A DNA stretch of 13,260 bases from Chlamydiota bacterium (GTDB lineage Bacteria > Auribacterota > Tritonobacteria > UBA1439), in NCBI GenBank assembly GCA_037133055.1, contig JBAXOY010000088.1, positions 1-13,260 of the forward strand. Reading direction: 5' to 3'. The position numbers and the translations under genes are program-made. Positions 1-6,106 of the stretch are shown piece by piece. Every line of letters starts with the position of its first letter. Within the stretch, counting starts at the first letter, position 1. Below the pieces are notes generated by a model that had not been told where the DNA came from, made no database searches, and worked only from the letters and a program-made list of their open reading frames with translations.

Positions 1-534
1 CTTGGTGACGAGGTCCGACTCGCCGGTGAGCAGCGACTCGTCGACCTCCATGCGGCCCAGGCCCACCATGGGGCCATCGACGACCACCTGGTCGCCGGGG
101 TGCAGGTAGAGGATGTCGCCGCGCACCACCTGGGCCGGGTCGAGATCCTGCACCCGGCCTTCGCGCACCACGCTCGCCTTGGGCCGCATGAGGATGGCGA
201 TGCGGTCCATCACGCGCTTGGCGCGGACTTCCTGAATGAGGCTGATCACGGTGTTGGCCATGATGACGAAGACGACCACGAAGGCATCGAGGGGCTTGCC
301 CAGGGCGACCAGCACGACGCCCAGCACGTAGAACAGGTTGTTGATGAAGTTGAAGACGTTGTCGCGCACGATGCGCCCGTAGGTGCGGCCCGTGCGGATC
401 TGCACGTCGTTGCCCTGGCCGGCGGCCCTGCGGCGGCCGGCCTCCTCCTCGCTGAGGCCGGGGAGCGGGGGCGCCGGGTCGGTGCTCTGGCCGGGCGGCG
501 GGGGCGCCGGGTCGGTGCTCTGGGGGTCGCTCAT
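1..534 (-). CDS. Cation-transporting P-type ATPase, CtpE-like; N-terminal 178 aa only (runs off the window start)
   Basis: Not in the ORF track; translated by hand from ATG at 534-532: MSDPQSTDPAPP...GLSEEEAGRRRAAGQGN...IVRDNVFNFINNLFYVLGVVLVALG...IQEVRAKRVMDRI...VVRGDILYLHPGDQVVVDG...EVDESLLTGESDLVTK. Shows the N-terminal GLS..EA..R motif, TM1/TM2 and the actuator-domain PGD.V..DG and DES.LTGES motifs. Confidence 0.93.
   Translation of the reverse strand, partial: MSDPQSTDPAPPPPGQSTDPAPPLPGLSEEEAGRRRAAGQGNDVQIRTGRTYGRIVRDNVFNFINNLFYVLGVVLVALGKPLDAFVVVFVIMANTVISLIQEVRAKRVMDRIAILMRPKASVVREGRVQDLDPAQVVRGDILYLHPGDQVVVDGPMVGLGRMEVDESLLTGESDLVTK
465..523. repeat. Perfect 26-bp direct repeat with 33-bp period, encoding QSTDPAPP twice at the ATPase N-terminus
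   Basis: GCGGGGGCGCCGGGTCGGTGCTCTGG occurs at 465-490 and 498-523. Confidence 0.9.
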
Positions 535-588
535 GTGCGGCTCACGGCTCGCTTCCGGGGTGGGGCGCCCACGCGTGCGGGCAGCCGC

Positions 589-597
589 ATCGTATCA
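589..597 (-). promoter_or_regulatory. Possible extended -10 promoter element for the ATPase gene
   Basis: Minus strand reads TG-A-TACGAT about 55 nt upstream of the ATG, in a very GC-rich spacer; no -35 box recognised. Confidence 0.35.
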
Positions 598-690
598 AGC
601 CGCGCGGGGCGCGGCCCAGCCGCGGAAAGGGCCGCCGGCGACGTTCTGCGGGCCAGATGGGCCGGGCTCCGGAGTCCTACGGGCGAGACC

Positions 691-1197
691 TCAAGGTCCG
701 GTGTCCCTGCCGACCGCGTCGTCGCGCTTCAGCTCGTTGACCACAAGGATGAGCACGCTCGCCGCGACGGCGAGGCCTCCGGCGACGAGCATGATCGGCT
801 TCATCGTGGTGTTGCACACCGCGCCGTCCGACGCGCACGTGCCGATCAGGGTCGTGGGCAGAAGGATGGCGGACAGGCCGAGGAGCGCGCCGACGATGCT
901 GAGCGCGCGCCGCGTCTCCTTGCGCCGCGCGAAGAACAGGAGGCCGCCGGCGACGGCCAACGAGACGCCGACGGCCAAGGCGCCGCGGGCGCTCCACAGG
1001 CACTTCATCTTGGGCACGATCGTGGCTGCCACAGGCGTCGTCATGCTCGCCATCGTCGTGACCGGCGACAACGCCGTGCCGAGCCCCGCCGTCGTGGCGG
1101 TCGGCATCGTCCCGCCCTGCGCCTCGCAGTTGGTGTACTGCGGCGCGATGGCGATCACCAGGCCGGCGATCACGATCAGTATGGCGAGCACTTTCAT
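691..1197 (-). CDS. DUF4418-like membrane protein with four cysteines
   Basis: Four hydrophobic segments; pattern C...MKCLWSA...LIGTC......C.TTMKP resembles the DUF4418 family; strong RBS GAGGAGG just upstream of the ATG. Confidence 0.75.
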   Translation of the reverse strand: MKVLAILIVIAGLVIAIAPQYTNCEAQGGTMPTATTAGLGTALSPVTTMASMTTPVAATIVPKMKCLWSARGALAVGVSLAVAGGLLFFARRKETRRALSIVGALLGLSAILLPTTLIGTCASDGAVCNTTMKPIMLVAGGLAVAASVLILVVNELKRDDAVGRDTGP

Positions 1198-1216
1198 CGC
1201 GTCCTCCTCAGGAGCG

Positions 1217-1321
1217 TCACTGTACCGTGATCGTGCCCTCGTTGACGCCCATGCTACAGGTGAACGAGTACTTCCCCGGCTTCAGCGAGCCCAGGGCCAC
1301 CGTCGCCGAGCCGCCGGAGGC
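1217..1321 (-). pseudogene. C-terminal remnant of a cupredoxin-domain (EfeO/CupA-type) protein, 5'-truncated at the junction
   Basis: Hand translation gives ASGGSATVALGSLKPGKYSFTCSMGVNEGTITVQ* with TGA at 1219-1217, 19 nt before the DUF4418 start. PGxYxFxCxMG...GxIxV is the cupredoxin C-terminal signature. Upstream of ~1322 this frame is only antisense of the addA fragment. Confidence 0.8.
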
Positions 1322-1997
1322 CGAGGAACTGCGCATCCTGATGCCGCGGCCGGCCCGGGGGATGAACGCGGCCGTGGACCTGATCCCCGAGGCGCTCAGG
1401 GAGCGGGGGGATCCGGGGGGACGGAAGAGGCCGGCGCGGGCGCCGGACGAGGCGGTCGTCGACCTCGGGTCGCCCGAGTACCGGGACTGGATCGCCTTTC
1501 TCAGGGAGGAGTGCGCCGAGCCCGGCGAGATACTGCGGCGAAACGAGCTGTCGCGGGGAGAGGTGCTTCACTGCATGCTGTCGTCCCTGGGCGACCTGGC
1601 GAGGGAAGACCCGGGCGCGGCGTTCGCGCGTGCCGTGGAAAACGCGCGGGAAAGATTCCCCCTCGCGGGCTGCCTCCCGGAGTGCGAGGCAGCCGTGCGA
1701 AGGCTCCTCGATCGGCCGGAGGCGAAGGCGATATTCTTCCCCGGGGCGGGCGCCGAGGTGTTCACGGAGAAGGAGATCGTCGACGCCCTGGGGCGCGCGT
1801 GGCGCATCGATCGGCTCATCGTGCGGCCGGGCTCGGTCAGGGTGGTGGACTACAAGAGCTCGGCGGTGGACCGGGAGGCTCACGCCACCCAGATACGCGG
1901 CTACGCAGCGCTCGTGAGGGATCGGTACCCGGAAGACGAGGTGCGGTGCTCCCTTGTCTACCTCGACAGCGGGAGGGTCGAAGAAGTGGCGCTGTAA
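1320..1997 (+). pseudogene. addA: C-terminal fragment of an AddA/UvrD-type helicase-nuclease (linker plus RecB-family PD-(D/E)XK nuclease domain); helicase domain absent
   Basis: Part of ORF 1227..1997. Motifs GEVLH, FTEKEI, RIDRLI, VVDYKS and QIRGYA fit a RecB-type nuclease. AEELRIL at 1320-1340 looks like the strand that follows UvrD motif VI (YVAxTRA). It lies directly upstream of an addB-like gene. The ORF's first ~31 codons are antisense of the cupredoxin remnant. Confidence 0.75.
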
Positions 1998-2002
1998 CGC
2001 CG

Positions 2003-2099
2003 GGACGCGGATGCACGCGGATAAAAATGGATTCACCACGGAGGCACGGAGGACACGGAGAAATTGGACGCGGATTGGCGCGGATGCACGCGGATTCAC
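2003..2099. repeat. Composite short tandem-repeat block: CGCGGAT x5 (10-bp period) interrupted by CACGGAG x3
   Basis: CGCGGAT at 2006, 2016, 2069, 2079 and 2089; CACGGAG at 2037, 2045 and 2054; the 17-mer CGCGGATGCACGCGGAT is perfect at 2006-2022 and 2079-2095. Confidence 0.9.
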
Positions 2100-2138
2100 A
2101 ATGTTTACTGAACTCTATCTGTAACAGAGAAACTCACC

Positions 2139-4958
2139 ATGGCCACGGGCACGATCACGACGCTTCATTTCGCGGACGACTTCATCGCGGCCCTCGCGGA
2201 CCGCCTCGGCGGCGAGGCCGCCGCGCGGGGCGGGGACCTGAGCCGCATCGCCGTGGTCTTCGGCGGAAGGCGCCCCGCGATGTTCCTCGCCAGGGAGCTC
2301 GGGGCGCGCATCGGCGGGAGTTTTTTCCCCCCGCGTTTTTTCACGATGGACGGATTCATGGAGCACGCGCTGCGCGCGCTTTCCCCACGGCGCACGATGC
2401 CCATGCTCGACGCATGGCACAGCATCTATCTCGTGGCGCGGGAGCGCGCCCCCGGAATGCTCAAGGGGCGGGAGACCTTCTCGCGCTTCGCGGCTTGGGC
2501 GCGCGAGACGGCCGCGTTCATCGACGAGCTGGATATCGAGGACGTGGCCCCGGAGGCGCTCGTCACCGTACAGCACTGCGCCGAGATCGGCCTCGACGCC
2601 GCCCCCGGCGTGGAAATCCTTCTCGGGAACCTCACCGCGATACGTGACGGATACCACCGCGCCCTCGAGGATCGGAGAGCGACCGCGCGCGGCCTGACCT
2701 ACCTTCTCGTCTCGCGGGGCATCGGCGGCCTCGATTTCGCGGAGTTCGAGAAAATACTCTTCTGTGGATTATTCTCCCTGCACCGCACCGAGGAGCGGGT
2801 GGTGAAAGAGTTGTACGACCGGGGATCCGCCGACCTCTATTTCCAGCGCGGCGGTGAAGGGTGGCCCGCGCTCGAGCGCCTCTCGAAGACGCTCGGCCGC
2901 CCGATATCGCCCCCTCCCCCGCGGGGGCGGCGCGAGCCCGACATCACGCTCTGGGCGGGTTTTGACACCCAGACGCAGGTGGGCCTCGTGCGGAAGATCG
3001 TCGGGGAAATCCCCGACCGTTCGCGCACGGTGATCGTACTCCCGGACTCGGGCAGCGTCATACCGCTCGTGTCCGAGATCTCCTCGCTCGAGCCGGAGTT
3101 CAACGTCTCCATGGGATACCCGCTGAAACGGAGCGCGCTCTGCCACCTCCTCGGCTGCGTCTTCGACGCCCAGAAAGGCATGCGGGACGGCGCCTACTAC
3201 GCCCGGGATTACCTGAGGGTTCTGACGCATCCGCTCGTAAAGAACATGGCGATCGCCCGCGACGGCGCGTTCACCCGTGTCATGGTCCACAAGATCGAGG
3301 AGGCGCTGAGGGGGGGCGGGAATTCGCCGATCGAGGGGAGCCTGTTCGTCCGCCCCGGGGAGGTGGAGGCCATGGGGGCCATCCCCCGCCTCGCCGCCTC
3401 GACCCTGCGCGAGATGGGCATCGAGTCGCGCCCCGAAGAGCTCTGCGCGATCCTCGTCGAGCTCCACGGGTGCGCGTTCCGCGCGTGGGAGCGGATCGAA
3501 AGCTTCGGGGATTTCGCCGCGGCGCTGGAGTCATTCGTCGACGCCCTCGTGCGGAAGAGCGCCCTCGATCGGTATCCGCTCAACCTCACCTTCGCGGGGA
3601 GACTCCTCGATATGGCCGCCGATCTCCGGGGGGCGGAGGCCGGCCGGGAGCGGTTCGAGAAGGACGAGATTTTCAAGCTGTTCACCCGGATGCTGGAGCG
3701 GGAGACGATCAGTTTCTCGGGCTCCCCCCTGCGGGGGCTCCAGGTCCTCGGGCTCATGGAAACGCGGTCGCTGGATTTCAAGAATGTGATCGTCATGGAC
3801 GTGAACGAGTCGGTGCTCCCCGCGCTCGCGGGACCGGATCCGCTCGTCCCCCGCCAGGTGCGGGTGAGCCTGGGGCTCGACCGCGTGGAGCAGGAGGAGG
3901 AGATACAGCGGTACCATTTCATGCGCCTTGTCTCCCACGCGGAAAAGGTGCACCTCGTCTACAACGACCGGGAGGAGAAGGAGGAGCGGAGCCGCTTCAT
4001 CGAGGAGCTCGTGTGGAACGCGCAGCGCGCGAGGGGAACGCTCGACGCGGCCCCCGTGCGTCGCGCGCGCGTCGCCGTGCGTCTCTCCCTCGCGGAGTCC
4101 CCGATCGAAAAAACGGCGGAGGTCCTCCGGCTTTTGGGGGGCTTCCGCCACTCACCCTCGAGCGTGGACACCTATCTCCAGTGCCCCCTGAAGTTCTACT
4201 ACGGCTATGTCCTGCGGCTCAGGGAGACGGAAGACCTTCTCGAAGAGCCGGCCGGGGCGGACATCGGGACGTTCGTCCACCGCCTGCTCTGCGAGGCATT
4301 CATGTCCTTTATCGGGGAGCGCCCGCCGATCGACCGACGGTTCAGGGAGGGCTTTTTCAGGAAGATGAAGGCGATGTTCGCGGAGACCTTCGAGAAGAGG
4401 ATGCGGGCCGACGCCTTCATCCTCGAGGAGGTTCTGCGGGTGAGGCTCGGCCGATTCCTTGACAAGGAAGCGGAGCGGCACTTCGTCGGGATCCTCGCGC
4501 TGGAGGAGAAGTTCGAGGGCATGGTGGCTCTCCCGGCGGGGGAGTTCTCCTTCGGCTGCCGGATGGACCGGATCGACCGGAAACACGGGGATGAGATCCT
4601 CGTCATCGACTACAAGACCGGCGCCGCCGCGCTTCCCGCGGGACCCGACACCCTCGCCCGCATGGAGCTCACGCGGGAGTCGATCATGCGCGCGGTCCGC
4701 TCGTTCCAGCTCCCCCTCTACTGCCGATTCGCGACGGAGCGGCATCCCGGCGCCGCAGTGGGCGCCGCCCTCTACGATCTCAGGGACTCCTCGATGCATG
4801 AGTTTCCGCAGAACCGGGAACGGTTCGACGAGACGATGGCCCGCTGCGGCGAGGCCCTCGACTTCATCCTGAACGAAATCGTGGACCCGGGGAAGCCGTT
4901 CGCGCCCGGCCCCGGCCGCGCCTGCGCCTGGTGTCCGTTCACGTCGCTCTGCCGGTAG
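2139..4958 (+). CDS. addB: AddB-like subunit of an ATP-dependent helicase/nuclease (inactive helicase-like N-terminus plus PD-(D/E)XK nuclease with Fe-S cysteines)
   Basis: 939 aa. Contains GLQVLGLMETRSLDF...VNESVLP, ERSRFIEEL, SPSSVDTYLQCP, GTFVH, CRMDRID, IDYKTG, FQLPLY and terminal CAWCPFTSLC (1+3 Cys iron-staple pattern). Confidence 0.88.
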   Translation: MATGTITTLHFADDFIAALADRLGGEAAARGGDLSRIAVVFGGRRPAMFLARELGARIGGSFFPPRFFTMDGFMEHALRALSPRRTMPMLDAWHSIYLVARERAPGMLKGRETFSRFAAWARETAAFIDELDIEDVAPEALVTVQHCAEIGLDAAPGVEILLGNLTAIRDGYHRALEDRRATARGLTYLLVSRGIGGLDFAEFEKILFCGLFSLHRTEERVVKELYDRGSADLYFQRGGEGWPALERLSKTLGRPISPPPPRGRREPDITLWAGFDTQTQVGLVRKIVGEIPDRSRTVIVLPDSGSVIPLVSEISSLEPEFNVSMGYPLKRSALCHLLGCVFDAQKGMRDGAYYARDYLRVLTHPLVKNMAIARDGAFTRVMVHKIEEALRGGGNSPIEGSLFVRPGEVEAMGAIPRLAASTLREMGIESRPEELCAILVELHGCAFRAWERIESFGDFAAALESFVDALVRKSALDRYPLNLTFAGRLLDMAADLRGAEAGRERFEKDEIFKLFTRMLERETISFSGSPLRGLQVLGLMETRSLDFKNVIVMDVNESVLPALAGPDPLVPRQVRVSLGLDRVEQEEEIQRYHFMRLVSHAEKVHLVYNDREEKEERSRFIEELVWNAQRARGTLDAAPVRRARVAVRLSLAESPIEKTAEVLRLLGGFRHSPSSVDTYLQCPLKFYYGYVLRLRETEDLLEEPAGADIGTFVHRLLCEAFMSFIGERPPIDRRFREGFFRKMKAMFAETFEKRMRADAFILEEVLRVRLGRFLDKEAERHFVGILALEEKFEGMVALPAGEFSFGCRMDRIDRKHGDEILVIDYKTGAAALPAGPDTLARMELTRESIMRAVRSFQLPLYCRFATERHPGAAVGAALYDLRDSSMHEFPQNRERFDETMARCGEALDFILNEIVDPGKPFAPGPGRACAWCPFTSLCR

Positions 4959-5011
4959 CATCAGCAGAGCATCAGGGTCACAGAGCATCAGTGTGGGGAG
5001 CATTAGGGTCA
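4957..5011. repeat. Degenerate tandem copies of (CAG)AGCATCAG(GGTCA) merging into the left inverted repeat
   Basis: AGCATCAG 4957-4964; CAGAGCATCAGGGTCA 4965-4980; CAGAGCATCAG 4981-4991; AGCATTAGGGTCA 4999-5011. Confidence 0.85.
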
Positions 5012-5027
5012 AACCTCGTCTATTGAC
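5005..5027 (+). repeat. Left terminal inverted repeat
   Basis: AGGGTCAAACCTCGTCTATTGAC matches the reverse complement of 6062-6084 at 22/23 positions (23/25 when extended to 5003 and 6086). Confidence 0.95.
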
Positions 5028-5052
5028 AGATGAGTAAGGAGAAGGGTAATCT
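5023..5052 (+). promoter_or_regulatory. Sigma70-type promoter of the transposase, possibly giving a leaderless mRNA
   Basis: TTGACA at 5023-5028, 18-bp spacer, TAATCT at 5047-5052; the ATG begins at 5059. Confidence 0.6.
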
Positions 5053-5058
5053 TATCCC

Positions 5059-6069
5059 ATGACTAGACCTCTGAGGATTGAGTATCCCGGCGCGTGGTAC
5101 CATGTGACAAGTCGTGGGAACGAGCGCGCTGAAATATTCAGAGATGACAAGGATAGAAGACGGTTTCTACAGGCATTGGAAGAGAGCATCGATATATTCA
5201 ACGTGGAAGTGCATAGCTATGTAGAGATGAGCAATCACTTCCATTTTTTATTGCGTACGCGAGAAGCTAATCTCGGCCGCTTTATGCAGCGGTTCAATAC
5301 GGCCTACACGGCATATTTTAATCTCAGGCATCATCGGGCCGGCCATCTTTACCAGGGAAGATACAAAGCCATACTTGTGGATGCGGATGAATATCTTCTG
5401 GAACTCAGCCGATATCTGCATCTCAATCCAGTGCGCCTGAAGGGATACAAAGAAACATCGCTGCAAGACAAAGGAAAGGTATTGGAAGCCTACGTGTGGA
5501 GCAGTTTGCCGGGATATATTGGATTAAGAAAAAGGGATAAGTTTGTGACATATAGTTCGATATTAGAATGCATGGGGGGGAACACAAAGGGGGGCAAGGA
5601 AAGGTATAGGGATTTCGTGATTGCAGGGTTGAGTAGAGAAACGAAGAACATACTTAAAGAGACACAGGCAGAGGCGATATTAGGGACGGACAGTTTTATT
5701 ACATGGGTGAAGGAGACGTTTATAGAGGGGAAAGAATGGGAACAGAGGGAATATCCCCATGTGCGCGAGTTGAGGAGCTCAATCCCGGTTGATGCAATCG
5801 CCGGAATTGTGAGCAAAGAATATGGAACAGTGCCTGGTGAGTTGCTTGCGGCGCGATCACCATGGCGCGAGGCACGCCAGGTGCTGATTGAACTAGTGTA
5901 CCGACTTAACTTCAGGAAGAAGCCACTTCAGGAATTGGGACGGGAGCTGGGTGGCATCGGTGGTGCCTCGATAGCTCACACGCATAAGCGAGTGCAGAAA
6001 AAAATGATGAGTGATAAGAGGCTGTCCCAAAAGGTGCATTCGCTGCATCAGAAGACTCTCAGTCAATAG
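5059..6069 (+). CDS. REP-associated tyrosine transposase-like HUH endonuclease (Y1_Tnp, IS200/IS605 superfamily) with C-terminal DnaA-domain-IV-like HTH
   Basis: MTRPLRIEYPGAWYHVTSRGN start, HUH motif MSNHFHFLL, YFN..H.R.GHLYQGRYKAILVD, catalytic Tyr region YLHLNPVR, and WSS motif. C-terminus IAGIVSKEYG...ARQVLIELV...LQELGRELGG...SIAH..KRV resembles DnaA C-terminal/TrpR-like HTH. Confidence 0.92.
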   Translation: MTRPLRIEYPGAWYHVTSRGNERAEIFRDDKDRRRFLQALEESIDIFNVEVHSYVEMSNHFHFLLRTREANLGRFMQRFNTAYTAYFNLRHHRAGHLYQGRYKAILVDADEYLLELSRYLHLNPVRLKGYKETSLQDKGKVLEAYVWSSLPGYIGLRKRDKFVTYSSILECMGGNTKGGKERYRDFVIAGLSRETKNILKETQAEAILGTDSFITWVKETFIEGKEWEQREYPHVRELRSSIPVDAIAGIVSKEYGTVPGELLAARSPWREARQVLIELVYRLNFRKKPLQELGRELGGIGGASIAHTHKRVQKKMMSDKRLSQKVHSLHQKTLSQ

Positions 6070-6084
6070 ACGAGGTCTGACCCT
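6062..6084 (-). repeat. Right terminal inverted repeat, containing the transposase stop codon
   Basis: GTCAATAGACGAGGTCTGACCCT, with TAG at 6067-6069. Confidence 0.95.
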
Positions 6085-6106
6085 GAAGGGATCGATGGAG
6101 GGACCG

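Larger units (their letters stand above)
5005..6084. mobile_element. Inverted-repeat-bounded RAYT/Y1 transposase element, ~1080 bp
   Basis: Single HUH transposase gene between matching inverted repeats; visibly AT-richer than both flanks, with the composition change close to the repeats. Confidence 0.75.

Noticed and set aside
1227..1997. ORF 1227..1997 as an intact standalone nuclease or solo Cas4
   Set aside because: Its first ~31 codons are the antisense of a cupredoxin tail, it lacks the Cas4 cysteine cluster, and it sits beside addB; better explained as truncated addA.
2003..2099. Intergenic repeats as a CRISPR array
   Set aside because: Units are 7-10 bp and tandem, with no unique 25-45 bp spacers.
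100..2647. Long plus-strand ORFs 100..1230 and 383..2647
   Set aside because: Antisense or off-frame shadows of real genes in high-GC DNA; Arg/Gly/Ala-rich with no motifs, and the second crosses the suspected chimeric junction.
4150..4958. Cas4-like domain suggesting a CRISPR locus
   Set aside because: It is the normal Fe-S nuclease domain of AddB; no cas genes or repeat-spacer array are present.
5052..5060. TTATCCCAT as a DnaA box at the transposase start
   Set aside because: Only 6 of 9 positions match TTATCCACA and it is a single copy; not distinguishable from chance.
6011..6106. N-terminal extension of the DUF3352-like ORF into the transposase element
   Set aside because: The RBS and signal-anchor sequence point to ATG 6107; the extension is incidental read-through of the element end.
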